64,000 nucleotides of DNA. Source: Candidatus Parcubacteria bacterium (lineage in GTDB: Bacteria > Patescibacteriota > Minisyncoccia > UBA6257 > 2-01-FULL-56-20). The stretch lies in NCBI GenBank assembly GCA_027450205.1, contig DAIDJL010000004.1, forward strand, positions 75,932 to 139,931. The letters run 5' to 3'. Below, piece by piece: positions 49,371 through 59,356 of this stretch. A program made the position numbers and the translations under genes. The notes below the pieces were generated by a model. The model made no database searches. It saw nothing but the letters and a program-made list of their open reading frames with translations, and was not told the DNA's origin. Each line of letters opens with the position of its first letter. Positions within the stretch are counted from its first letter, which is position 1.

Positions 49371-49616
49371 CTACAATGTTGCTTTGCAGGCGTCGAGCTT
49401 GACCAGTCTAAAATAAAGGATCGAGCCGACGATGACGATGTGCGATGCGTAGTTGGCCCATACAGGCACCCATAGGAGAGAGGGGGTTGATCGTGGAAAT
49501 TGATGGAGGAACTGCCAGTATATCAGCGTATCCAACACCATGATTCCAAGACCGAACAGACCCCCACCCCAGGCAGAGAGCAAGATTCTCAAAGCGAGAG
49601 GGCGATAGTCAGGCAT
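49371..49616 (-). CDS. Small two-TM hypothetical protein
   Basis: GGAGG SD, hydrophobic segments. Confidence 0.55.
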   Translation of the reverse strand: MPDYRPLALRILLSAWGGGLFGLGIMVLDTLIYWQFLHQFPRSTPSLLWVPVWANYASHIVIVGSILYFRLVKLDACKATL

Positions 49617-49792
49617 TTCAAACCTCCGGCTCTTTTATACATCAAAATTATAAACTAGTCAATTTTTTTATTAAAGCAGTTCTAAACGCGTCCAGGGTGG
49701 TGTACAAATTGCGGTAAACGCATTAAATAAAAAGTCTCAATAAAAGAACGGCCCGCAAGGATTTCTCCTAAACGGGTCGTGTTTGTTTGAAA

Positions 49793-50257
49793 TTAAATTC
49801 GTTGAGAAAGATTGCTCAATACTTGGGCGGCGTTCTCGTTTCCGCGTTTTCTCATGTGATCGGCGAGAAATCCCGCGAGGAGGCCAAATGCAACGAGCCC
49901 ACCTTTCTTCACTCGTTCCTTTCCCTCAGGTGTAAGTTTCTGATATGCCCGGTAGGCTTTCTTAGCTGGATAGTGGGAGGATTGCTTTGAGTTAAAACCG
50001 AAGAGCAAGGCCAAGATCGGCCCAATGGCAATCGAGAGCACTATCACTAAAAACATACCCCAGACCCCAAGGTCAATAAGGGGATTGTCCGTGCCGGTAG
50101 AGCGTACCACTTGCTGGGCAAGAAAGAGGGAAGCGCACATGGCAACACAGAAGATCGTCCAGAGAGTAAGGCCGATCATCGCCCGCCGTGCAGACCAAAA
50201 TCCCCAGATCCATGCCGCTAAGCAGAGGATTGCCATTACAATTTCGAGATCTTCCAT
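49793..50257 (-). CDS. Hypothetical membrane protein
   Basis: AGGAGG SD, 3 TMs. Confidence 0.65.
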   Translation of the reverse strand: MEDLEIVMAILCLAAWIWGFWSARRAMIGLTLWTIFCVAMCASLFLAQQVVRSTGTDNPLIDLGVWGMFLVIVLSIAIGPILALLFGFNSKQSSHYPAKKAYRAYQKLTPEGKERVKKGGLVAFGLLAGFLADHMRKRGNENAAQVLSNLSQRI

Positions 50258-50351
50258 ATTTTCCTCCTGAAACAACTTATAATATTATATAAGTTTTAAC
50301 CCAAAAATGTCAAGTCCTTATTTGGTGCTGAAAATGTTACAATTTACCTAT

Positions 50352-50612
50352 ATGGATGAGCTTGGCCTTATAAAAGAAAAATTGAAGAAAGCACAGCTTT
50401 CCTCGGAGGAATTTGCCATGTGGTCGGCAATACTAGAGGTTATGGACGAAGATGACCTTCGGGCCTTATCAGCATTGGTTAATCTGGACGCAACCGCTAT
50501 TCGTGTCGCTACCAATAACCTCACCGCCAAGCAGAAATCTATTGATACAGAAAATATCGATGAGTGGAAATCCATACTAGAAAATGAAAGAAAAATAGTT
50601 GAGACTGTATAA
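50352..50612 (+). CDS. Small acidic hypothetical protein
   Basis: ORF coupled to the next gene. Confidence 0.6.
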   Translation: MDELGLIKEKLKKAQLSSEEFAMWSAILEVMDEDDLRALSALVNLDATAIRVATNNLTAKQKSIDTENIDEWKSILENERKIVETV

Positions 50613-50617
50613 TCTAC

Positions 50618-50941
50618 ATGAAATTCGAGATTCCGATCCAGGAAACCGCGGCGGAGAATTCAGAAGCGAAACGTCGAAAGCAAGGCACATATCTCAAGGG
50701 ATTGATTGCTCTCACGCATGGAGCCGTGCGAGCAAAAAGCAGCACCGACAAGGATTCAAGTTTTCTTCAAACGGCGATCAAAGAGGCAAAAGAAACATAT
50801 GCTGCGTTAGATGATTTAGAAAAGAAAATTGATCCAACTGGAAACTTGAGCGCTGATGTTGCGGAAATGACTAAGAATGGGCTGGGGCGCCTTTCTGGAT
50901 GGGCGAGAGAGCGTATAGGACATCAAAAACAGGAGGAGTAG
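50618..50941 (+). CDS. Hypothetical protein
   Basis: 107-aa ORF. Confidence 0.6.
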   Translation: MKFEIPIQETAAENSEAKRRKQGTYLKGLIALTHGAVRAKSSTDKDSSFLQTAIKEAKETYAALDDLEKKIDPTGNLSADVAEMTKNGLGRLSGWARERIGHQKQEE

Positions 50942-50995
50942 TTTATGGCTTATCCTCTAAAATAGGTTCGAACTGAGTCCAGCACCCCGCACAAC

Positions 50996-51577
50996 ATGGA
51001 AACCGAGATTGAAGCAAAGTTTTTGGACGTCGATCCCGAAGAGATACGGAGGCAACTTCGCGATCTTGACGCGGTGTTGGTCCACCCGGAAGTATTGATG
51101 AAGCGAAAGGTTTTTGACCATCCGACGAACAAACAGAGTGATTGGCTTCGGGTGAGGGATGAGGGGGACAGGGTTACGATGAGTTACAAGAAGGTCATTG
51201 ATCGGACGGTTCATGGGACAAAAGAGATAACGATCGAGGTTTCCGATTTTGATAACGCGTGCGCCATCCTGGCAGCTGCACAGCTTCGATCAGCGGCATA
51301 TCAGGAAACGCGAAGGGAGACGTGGAGATTGGATGATGTGGAGATTATGATAGACACATGGCCATGGATTCCCACATTCGTCGAGATCGAAGCGCCTTCT
51401 GAGGAAACATTGAAATCCGCGGCAAAAAAGTTAGGCTTGGAGTGGGGCGGTGCGTTGTTCGGCAGTGTGGAGCCGGCATACCAAAGATATTATGATGTGA
51501 CCGAAAAGGAGATTGATTCCTGGCCGGAAATAGTTTTTAGCCCCGTTCCGGACTGGCTCCTCGTGAGGAAAAAATAA
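50996..51577 (+). CDS. CYTH-domain (class IV adenylate cyclase-like) protein
   Basis: EIEAKF (ExExK), WLRVR, FVEIEA. Confidence 0.9.
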   Translation: METEIEAKFLDVDPEEIRRQLRDLDAVLVHPEVLMKRKVFDHPTNKQSDWLRVRDEGDRVTMSYKKVIDRTVHGTKEITIEVSDFDNACAILAAAQLRSAAYQETRRETWRLDDVEIMIDTWPWIPTFVEIEAPSEETLKSAAKKLGLEWGGALFGSVEPAYQRYYDVTEKEIDSWPEIVFSPVPDWLLVRKK

Positions 51578-51620
51578 ACCGGGCTTGTTCTTTTTTGACA
51601 ATCTGCTATAATCATTTTCA

Positions 51621-52874
51621 ATGAGGCGCCATCCAGGCCTATTTTTATCGCTTATCGTCATTCTCGCCATTATTGCGGGGGTGTTCGTTTACCCGAAGGG
51701 TATTGGAGAAAAAGTGGAGCCGTGGAAGCTCGGGCTTGATCTTGTGGGCGGCAGCCATCTTGTCTATCAGATCGATCTTTCCAATGTTTCCTCGACGAAC
51801 CAGGCATCCGTAGTGAATGGCTTGCGCAACGTCATTGAGAGGCGCGTGAATCTTTTTGGTGTCAGCGAACCGAATGTTTACACATCGCAGAGCGGCAATC
51901 AGGCCCAGCTTTTCGTGGATCTTGCCGGCGTAAAGAACATTAGCGACGCCATCAACCAGATCGGACAGACGCCGCTTCTGCAGTTCGAAGAAGTGCAAAC
52001 GGTGGGCTCCAGCACGCAATATATCCAGACGAACCTGACGGGTCAATATATCACCGGTGCGCAATTGACCTTTGATCCGACGACGAACGCGCCGCAGGTT
52101 TCCATTTCATTTAACAAGGACGGTACGCAGATATTTTCCGAAATGACGGCGGCGAATGTGGGTAAGCCGCTCGCGATATTTTTGGACGGACAATTGATCG
52201 AGGCGCCGACGGTTACTGAAGCGATCACGGGCGGACAGGCGGTCATCAGCGGAGGGTTCACGGTGGCATCGGCACAGCAGCTCGTGCAGCGGTTCAATGC
52301 CGGTGCCTTGCCTGCGCCGATCACGCTCGTGAGTCAGCAGACGATCAGCCCGTCGCTCGGCGCCGATTCAATGAAAGAGGTGATGATCGCCGGTCTTATC
52401 GGCACACTGCTCGTCATGCTCTTTATGATCTTTTATTATCGTCTGCTTGGCGTTTTTGCCGCACTTGCACTCCTTATTTATATCGCGCTTACACTCGGTC
52501 TTTTCAAGGCGATCCCGATCACGCTGAGCCTTGCGGGTCTCGCCGGTTTCGTCCTTACGATCGGCACTGCCGTGGACGCGAACGTGCTCATCTTTGAGCG
52601 CATCAAAGAGGAATTGAAGCGGGGATTGCCGAAATCGTCGGCGATCGAGGAAGGGTTCCGCCGCGCGTGGCCGTCCATCCGCGATTCGAATACTTCCACG
52701 ATCATCACGTCCATCATTCTCTATTTCTTTACCTCCAGTTTTGTGCAGGGATTCGCGCTCACCCTTCTTATCGGCACGCTTGTCAGCCTTTTCAGCGCTA
52801 TTACGACCACGCGGCTCTTCCTCCGGTTTTTCTTAAAAGACGCGAAACCGGCGACGGCATCCGTAAAAGCGTAA
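51621..52874 (+). CDS. secD: Protein translocase subunit SecD
   Basis: LGLDLVGG, GALP, SPSLG, VDANVLIFERIKEE. Confidence 0.96.
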   Translation: MRRHPGLFLSLIVILAIIAGVFVYPKGIGEKVEPWKLGLDLVGGSHLVYQIDLSNVSSTNQASVVNGLRNVIERRVNLFGVSEPNVYTSQSGNQAQLFVDLAGVKNISDAINQIGQTPLLQFEEVQTVGSSTQYIQTNLTGQYITGAQLTFDPTTNAPQVSISFNKDGTQIFSEMTAANVGKPLAIFLDGQLIEAPTVTEAITGGQAVISGGFTVASAQQLVQRFNAGALPAPITLVSQQTISPSLGADSMKEVMIAGLIGTLLVMLFMIFYYRLLGVFAALALLIYIALTLGLFKAIPITLSLAGLAGFVLTIGTAVDANVLIFERIKEELKRGLPKSSAIEEGFRRAWPSIRDSNTSTIITSIILYFFTSSFVQGFALTLLIGTLVSLFSAITTTRLFLRFFLKDAKPATASVKA

Positions 52875-52887
52875 TTCATCTATCATC

Positions 52888-53787
52888 ATGCTTAACATCG
52901 TAGGACATAAAAAAATCTGGTTCACGATATCCATCGTTCTGGTAGGTATCGCTGTCGTCGCCATCGCCACGTTCGGGTTTAAGGAGAGTGCCGAACTCAA
53001 GGGAGGAACATTGTGGGAGTTCACCGTTTCCGGACAGAACCTTTCTGTTTCCGATGTTCAAAACGAGCTTGCCAACAATCTGCACATCGCCGATGCGCAG
53101 GTGAACTTTGATTCCGCCAACCAATCCTTCCTTGTGCGTTTTGGGAATGTGAACGAGGCGGCGCACCAGCAGTATGTGAACGAGCTTACGACCGCGTGGC
53201 CTTCGTTCCGCGAGTTAAGTTTCCAGTCCATCAGCGCGTCCGTGGGCGCGGATCTTCGCAATAAGGCGATCATCGCGATCATCCTCGTGCTCGTCGGCAT
53301 CTCGCTTTATATTGCGTTCGCGTTCCGCAAGGCGCAGCGGCCGATCAGTTCATGGAAATACGGATGGATCACGCTGCTCACCCTGTTTCACGACGTCGCC
53401 ATCCCGGCCGGCATGCTTGCCATCCTCGGTCACTTCGTAAACGTACAGATCGATTCCAACTTCATCGTGGCGCTGCTTGTCGTCATGGGATTCTCCGTGC
53501 ACGACACCATTGTTGTCTTTGACCGCATTCGCGAGAACCTCCTCAATCATCGCGGCAAAGTTCCGTTTTCCACGATCATCAACGACAGCGTCAACCAGAC
53601 GCTCGCACGCTCCATCAACACTTCCCTGACGCTTATTCTGGTGTTGCTTGCGCTCTATTTCGTCGGTCCCGCTGACCTTAAATATTTCGTGCTTACCCTG
53701 CTTGTAGGGGTCACAACGGGCATTTACTCGTCCATCTTCATCGCCAGCCCTGCATTGGTAATGGTGAGCTCGGATGAGAGCGTATAG
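52888..53787 (+). CDS. secF: Protein translocase subunit SecF
   Basis: HDV, GFSVHDTIVVFDRIRE, QTLARSINTS. Confidence 0.96.
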   Translation: MLNIVGHKKIWFTISIVLVGIAVVAIATFGFKESAELKGGTLWEFTVSGQNLSVSDVQNELANNLHIADAQVNFDSANQSFLVRFGNVNEAAHQQYVNELTTAWPSFRELSFQSISASVGADLRNKAIIAIILVLVGISLYIAFAFRKAQRPISSWKYGWITLLTLFHDVAIPAGMLAILGHFVNVQIDSNFIVALLVVMGFSVHDTIVVFDRIRENLLNHRGKVPFSTIINDSVNQTLARSINTSLTLILVLLALYFVGPADLKYFVLTLLVGVTTGIYSSIFIASPALVMVSSDESV

Positions 53788-53935
53788 CCGGGTGCCGTGA
53801 GGGTTGACTGCGGTTGCGATATAGTTTAATATGAAATGCAATAGAACAGGATAAATTGTGCTGAAAGTCCAGTCTGGCGCAGGGGAATATTGACATTTAT
53901 ATATAAATAATATATTATATCAACGTTGTAAAAAC

Positions 53936-54967
53936 ATGGCATCGATCATCAAACTTATCACGACATCGCTCGCCGGTCTTAATCCTCGCCAAAAAGAGGT
54001 TATTACGGCTCGTTTTGGCCTGGATGGTAAGACCGACGGCGAGACCCTCGCTGCGATCGGCGACCGGTTGAATGTTACCCGCGAGCGCGTCCGCCAGATA
54101 GAGAATGGCGCGATTGTGCTCGTAAAGGCCAATATTGCAAAGAATCCGGAAGCGGGCGTTGTTTTGGAGAAGGTGAAGAAATTTATCGCAGCCCGCGGGG
54201 GCGTGTCCGGTAAGCCGGAAGTTGTCCGCTTTGCGGCAACGCTTGCGCACGGCGCGCGCGAGAACCATCTCGATTTCCTCGCCGAGGCGTCTGGCGTGTT
54301 CAATCTTCACCGCGAAGACGACGCCTTCCATCCTTTTTATTATGTTTCCGACAAGGATCTCAAGACGGCCAGCGCGTTCGTGAATGGCTGGGTAGGATTT
54401 TTGAAATCGCACAAAGAGAGGGTGTTCGCCGATTCGTATCAGGTCCAGCTTGCGAGCTTTCTTAAAACGAAGTCCGTTGCGCAGGAAGTCGCCGATAATT
54501 ATTTGAGCATTTCAAAGCAGATCGGCAGGAACCCGTACGGCGATGTGGGACTTTATGAGTGGCCCGAGATCAACCCTGCGACCGTCCGTGACAAGATCTA
54601 TCTCGTGCTCAAAAAGAAGGCGGAGCCGCTCCACTTTGAGGACATCGCGACGCATATCAATAAGGTTGGATTTGACGACCAGAAAGCGCTTGCGCCTACC
54701 GTACATAACGAGCTCATCAAAGACGGCCGTTTCGTGCTCGTCGGCCGCGGCATGTACGGTCTTAGGGAACATGGATACGAACCGGGTACCGCGCGGGAGG
54801 TGATCGCCAAGGTCCTTAAGACCAAGGGCCCGCTTAAACCGACCGACGTCGTGACGCACGTGAACGCGCAGCGTTTCTTTAAGCAGAACACGATCCTTAT
54901 CAATCTCCAGAATCGGAACTTTTTCGAACGCATGAACGACGGCAGATATCGCGTCCGCGAGTCCTAA
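53936..54967 (+). CDS. Sigma70 region-4 HTH plus HARE-HTH/delta-like domain protein
   Basis: RFGL..ETLAAIG..VTRERVRQIE; VHNELIKDGRFVLVGRGMYGL. Confidence 0.8.
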   Translation: MASIIKLITTSLAGLNPRQKEVITARFGLDGKTDGETLAAIGDRLNVTRERVRQIENGAIVLVKANIAKNPEAGVVLEKVKKFIAARGGVSGKPEVVRFAATLAHGARENHLDFLAEASGVFNLHREDDAFHPFYYVSDKDLKTASAFVNGWVGFLKSHKERVFADSYQVQLASFLKTKSVAQEVADNYLSISKQIGRNPYGDVGLYEWPEINPATVRDKIYLVLKKKAEPLHFEDIATHINKVGFDDQKALAPTVHNELIKDGRFVLVGRGMYGLREHGYEPGTAREVIAKVLKTKGPLKPTDVVTHVNAQRFFKQNTILINLQNRNFFERMNDGRYRVRES

Positions 54968-55039
54968 CCCGATCGGTACGCACGCCGTGCGCCGCAGATG
55001 CTTTGCAGTTTTCTCGCTCTCGGTTGATAATTGATGTAT

Positions 55040-56353
55040 ATGGGTAATCTTTTTCCAGCCATCCAGGTCCCTTCCGTGCTCGCGGGCGTCATTCAGAGCA
55101 TTCTCGTGGTATGGGGAGCGGTCTGGTGGTTCGTACTGCCGCTCATCGCCGCCATGATCTTATGGGAGGCGTGGCTTTTGCACCTCCATTATCAGTTCGT
55201 TCACAGTATTAAATGGAAGCTGCTTGAGATCAAAGTGCCGAAGAATGTGCTCAAAACCCCGAAGGCGATGGAACAGATATTCGCCGCGGCGCATGCGCCG
55301 TATTCGTACGGGATCCCGTGGTATAAGAAGTACGTGGATGGACAGGAAGAATATTGGATGGTCTTTGAGCTCGTCGGCCGGGCCGGCGAGACGCATTTCT
55401 ATCTTCGTGTGCCGACGCAATACCGGAACATGATGGAGTCGGCGATCTATGCCGCATATCCGGAAGCGGAGATCACCGAAGCCGACGATTATTTGGAAGA
55501 ACTGCCGCAGGCGCTCCCGAACGAGACATTCGATCTTTCCGGGCTTGAAGAAGTGTTGCGGCATGAAAATTATCTGCCGATACGCACCTATCCGATGTTC
55601 GAGGAATCAGTGGAAGAACGGCGCATTGATACGATCGCACCGCTTATGGAGGCAATGTCCAAGCTGAAGAACAGCGAACAACTTTGGTTCCAGGTGCTCA
55701 TCAAGCCGACGGGCGAAGATTTTCGGAAGGAAGGGGAGGAGGCGATAAAAAAACTGTTGGGGATAGAAGAGGAAAAGAAAAAGAAACCGAGCCTGTTCCC
55801 GAAGTTTGATCTCGGCATTTCGATGGGCGAGGCGCTTCGCGCCCCGTTCGAGCATCCGGGTGAGGCAAAGTCGCACAAAGAAGAAAAGCAGGAAAAATTT
55901 CCCCGTTTTCTCATGACGCCGGTGGATAAGGAGCGTGCGGACGCTATCCATCTCAAGATATCCAAGATCGCGTTCGAGGCGACCCTGCGCTTTGTTTACA
56001 TTGAAAAGCGCGATGAGGCTGCGGAATCCGGCCACACCAATTCCATCCATGGGTTCATCCGCCAGTTCAATACGCAGAATCTCAATTCGCTCAAGCCGGA
56101 CAGCCCTACGAATACGGCGTCGTATTCGGTGAAGGGCCCGATCTTCAAGAAGATGCGCGTCCGGGCGCGCAAACATAATATGTATGAGCACTATCGACAT
56201 TTCATCCCGTCTCACCACGAATCGATCCTCAACATAGAGGAGCTCGCGACCGTGTTTCATTTCCCATTGGCGGTCGTTTCAACGACCGAGCTAGAAAAAG
56301 TGGAGTCGCGCAAGGGGAGTCCGCCGGCATCGCTTCCTATTATCGAGGAATAG
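55040..56353 (+). CDS. Membrane-anchored partner of TraG/HerA-like ATPase
   Basis: LLEIKVPK, MEQIF, LPIRTY, NIEELATVFHFP; resembles the N-terminal half of 18327-20732. Confidence 0.75.
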   Translation: MGNLFPAIQVPSVLAGVIQSILVVWGAVWWFVLPLIAAMILWEAWLLHLHYQFVHSIKWKLLEIKVPKNVLKTPKAMEQIFAAAHAPYSYGIPWYKKYVDGQEEYWMVFELVGRAGETHFYLRVPTQYRNMMESAIYAAYPEAEITEADDYLEELPQALPNETFDLSGLEEVLRHENYLPIRTYPMFEESVEERRIDTIAPLMEAMSKLKNSEQLWFQVLIKPTGEDFRKEGEEAIKKLLGIEEEKKKKPSLFPKFDLGISMGEALRAPFEHPGEAKSHKEEKQEKFPRFLMTPVDKERADAIHLKISKIAFEATLRFVYIEKRDEAAESGHTNSIHGFIRQFNTQNLNSLKPDSPTNTASYSVKGPIFKKMRVRARKHNMYEHYRHFIPSHHESILNIEELATVFHFPLAVVSTTELEKVESRKGSPPASLPIIEE

Positions 56354-56380
56354 CGGGATACTGTAATATATCTTTGACAT

Positions 56381-58111
56381 ATGGCAAACGGAAAATCACC
56401 AACAGACATCACGCCGATCGGATACCATAATTTTCGCGGCAACAGCGACCAGAAATTCGGCATCAAAGCGGATGATCGTCGGCGCCACATTTATGTCGTC
56501 GGAAAGACCGGCGTCGGAAAATCCACGTTGCTTGAGAATATGGCGATCGCCGACATTGAGGCCGGACGCGGCATTGCATTCCTTGATCCGCACGGCGAAT
56601 CCGCGGAGAAGCTCCTTGATTTCGTCCCGGAGGAGCGCCTGGATGACGTCATCTACTTCGATCCGTCGGACATGGAATATCCGATCGCATTCAATCCGAT
56701 GGAGCAGGTGGGCACGGAGTTCCGCCACCTGGTTGCCTCCGGTATCATGGGCGTGTTCAAGAAGATCTGGGTGGACGCCTGGTCCGCGCGCATGGAGTAT
56801 ATTTTGAACAATACGCTGCTTGCGCTCCTCGAGCTGCCGAACTCGACCTTATTGGGCGTTTTAAGGATGTTTGCCGAGCCGCCGTATCGCAAAAAAATAG
56901 TGGATAACCTGCAGGATCCCGTTATCAAGGCCTTCTGGCAGAACGAATTCGCACGATATTCGCAGAAGCTTGAGACCGAGGCGCTGGCCGCCATTCAGAA
57001 CAAGGTCGGGCAGTTCGTTTCAAATCCGCTGATCCGAAATATTCTCGGCCAGTCGCGCTCCACGATCAATATGCGCGATATCATGGATACGGGAAAGATA
57101 TTCATCGTCAATCTTTCAAAGGGAAAGATGGGGGAAGACAATTCGGCTTTGCTTGGCGCCATGATCATCTCGCGACTGCAGCTTGCCGCGATGTCGCGCG
57201 TGGATATTCCGGAGGACAAGCGCCGCGACTTTTTCATGTACGTGGATGAATTCCAGAACTTTGCGACGGATTCGTTCGCGAGCATTTTGTCCGAAGCGCG
57301 CAAATACCACCTTTCGCTTACCCTGGCCCATCAGTACATCGGCCAGTTGGTAACGAACGACGGCAACACGAAGGTGCGCGACGCGGTGTTCGGCAATGTT
57401 GGCACGATCATCACATTTCGCGTGGGCGCCGCCGACGGCGAATTTCTGGAAAAGGAATTTATGCCGGAATTCTTACAGAACGATCTTGTGAATCTGGCAA
57501 AGGCAAATATTTATATAAAACTGATGATCGACGGCGTGTCATCCAAGCCGTTTTCGGCAACGACGCTGCCGCCGCATATCCAGCCGCTCCAGTCGTACCG
57601 GGATATCATAATCAAAAATACCCGCGAACATTATGCGGTTCCGCGCAGGATCGTGGACGAGCGGATTGCGAGCGAGTGGAATGCCAGCAGTGAAGCGGCC
57701 ATCAATGAAAAGATCGGACGCCGGGATGAGAAGCCGCTTTCGCAGGTCTTGCGCCCGGGCGGCGGCACGGCGCCGCACACTTCCGACGTGCGTCCACGTG
57801 AACGCTATATGCCGCCGCGGCAATCCGTGACCTCATCGCCGACTCCGCCCGTTTCTTCTCCGCGGACGGCTTCCAACACTCCTCCTCCGTCCGTGCCGGT
57901 GATCGCTCCCGCTGCGCCGGCGGTTCGCGTGATGCGGCAGGAGCCGGCGGCGTCCGAGCCCGCTCCTGCTCCTGCGCCAAAACAGTTCGTCAGACCCAAG
58001 GTGGACATAGAAGCGCTCCGCCGTTCCATTAATGAATCGTTAAAAAAACAGGCGGAAGACGGTGTCGCGCCGATCGATCCCGTTAAGCCGCCTGACGAAT
58101 CCCCGAAGTGA
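56381..58111 (+). CDS. TraG/VirD4/HerA-like ATPase with Pro-rich tail
   Basis: GKTGVGKST, LDPHGE, YVDEFQNF, LSEARKY. Confidence 0.88.
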   Translation: MANGKSPTDITPIGYHNFRGNSDQKFGIKADDRRRHIYVVGKTGVGKSTLLENMAIADIEAGRGIAFLDPHGESAEKLLDFVPEERLDDVIYFDPSDMEYPIAFNPMEQVGTEFRHLVASGIMGVFKKIWVDAWSARMEYILNNTLLALLELPNSTLLGVLRMFAEPPYRKKIVDNLQDPVIKAFWQNEFARYSQKLETEALAAIQNKVGQFVSNPLIRNILGQSRSTINMRDIMDTGKIFIVNLSKGKMGEDNSALLGAMIISRLQLAAMSRVDIPEDKRRDFFMYVDEFQNFATDSFASILSEARKYHLSLTLAHQYIGQLVTNDGNTKVRDAVFGNVGTIITFRVGAADGEFLEKEFMPEFLQNDLVNLAKANIYIKLMIDGVSSKPFSATTLPPHIQPLQSYRDIIIKNTREHYAVPRRIVDERIASEWNASSEAAINEKIGRRDEKPLSQVLRPGGGTAPHTSDVRPRERYMPPRQSVTSSPTPPVSSPRTASNTPPPSVPVIAPAAPAVRVMRQEPAASEPAPAPAPKQFVRPKVDIEALRRSINESLKKQAEDGVAPIDPVKPPDESPK

Positions 58112-58785
58112 TGCGTTTTCACATCCTTACTATCTTCCCCGGCATGTTCGATTCCTATATGGGGGAATCGCTTTTTAAGCGTGCCCAAAAAAAGAAGATC
58201 GTCTCCGTGCGCGCATTTGACCTTCGCTCATTTACCAAAGACAGGCACAAAAAAGTGGATGACCGTCCGTTCGGCGGCGGCCCGGGAATGGTGGTGAAGG
58301 TCCAGCCCGTCTGGGATGCGGTCAAAAAACTCAAAGCCCCCGGCTCAAAGACGTTAAAAAAACATAAAACGCGGATAGTCTTATTCTCGACGCGCGGAAA
58401 GCGTTTGGATGCGGCAATGGCACGGCGTCTTGCCGGGTATGACGATCTTATTCTGATTTGCGGGCGTTACGAAGGCGTTGATGAACGGGTGGCGGAACAT
58501 ATCGCCGACGAGGAGGTTTCGATCGGGGACTATGTTTTGTCCGGCGGGGAGATCCCGGCGCTCGTCCTCATAGAGGCGGTAAGCCGGCATGTCCCGGGAT
58601 TTTTAGGCAAGGAGGAGTCGTTGGAAGAGATCAATGGATCGTTCCCGACATATACGCGTCCGGAAGTTTTCTCTCCGGCAAAAGGAAAAAAATGGGGTGT
58701 CCCGCCGGTATTGCTCTCTGGCAATCATAAAAAAATCGACGCGTGGCGCAAAAAATTTGACGAAACTAAAAAAAATAGGATATAA
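58108..58785 (+). CDS. trmD: tRNA (guanine37-N1)-methyltransferase
   Basis: DDRPFGGGPGMV, CGRYEGVDER, IGDYVLSGGE, YTRP. Confidence 0.97.
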   Translation: MMRFHILTIFPGMFDSYMGESLFKRAQKKKIVSVRAFDLRSFTKDRHKKVDDRPFGGGPGMVVKVQPVWDAVKKLKAPGSKTLKKHKTRIVLFSTRGKRLDAAMARRLAGYDDLILICGRYEGVDERVAEHIADEEVSIGDYVLSGGEIPALVLIEAVSRHVPGFLGKEESLEEINGSFPTYTRPEVFSPAKGKKWGVPPVLLSGNHKKIDAWRKKFDETKKNRI

Positions 58786-58826
58786 TCTTCCTGGAAGCTT
58801 GAAAATCCGATCCCGGAGAGGTTGTA

Positions 58827-59270
58827 ATGGCAGATTTCATCGTTCTTTCGTTGGCACGACTCCTTTCGCAAGTATATCGAAATTTACGAAAGAAGTTGGC
58901 GCTTTTTAATACGGCAAAACGCGTTGACGGGTACAAACCCAGCGTGCGGCGCCTTAATCTTCGTCGGGCACTTCTGCCCGAGTTGAGGACCCACGCACGG
59001 ACGATCAAGCGGTATCAAGAAAAGCTTGATTATTGGCGCCTTCAAAAGCGTAAAGAAAAATCCCGCATCAAGAGAAAGCATTGCGAAGACAATATCAATG
59101 CCATTAAAATTCTGATCTATAACCAAAGGCTCAAGTGTGAGAAAATTTGGAAACACCTCAAAGCGTACGACGCATTGCCGGTGGACTCTTCGACCAAGCG
59201 GCCATGGCAAAGCATAGATGCTTATATTGAGCATCTGAGCGTCGCCAAGAAAGAGGCATTGTATGCATGA
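58827..59270 (+). CDS. Very basic helical hypothetical protein (solo cassette)
   Basis: GGAGAGG SD, AT-rich, hairpin at ~59282-59307. Confidence 0.6.
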   Translation: MADFIVLSLARLLSQVYRNLRKKLALFNTAKRVDGYKPSVRRLNLRRALLPELRTHARTIKRYQEKLDYWRLQKRKEKSRIKRKHCEDNINAIKILIYNQRLKCEKIWKHLKAYDALPVDSSTKRPWQSIDAYIEHLSVAKKEALYA

Positions 59271-59356
59271 TGGTGCCTCACCGGCGCGACTCTTCAATGA
59301 GCCGCGCCATTTTTTATATTCTTTTAATCCCGCATGCGTATGATGGATGCATGTAT

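Noticed and set aside
49061-50950. Integrated element at tRNA-Leu
   Set aside because: AT-rich ORFans follow the tRNA, but I found no duplicated tRNA 3' end or integrase.
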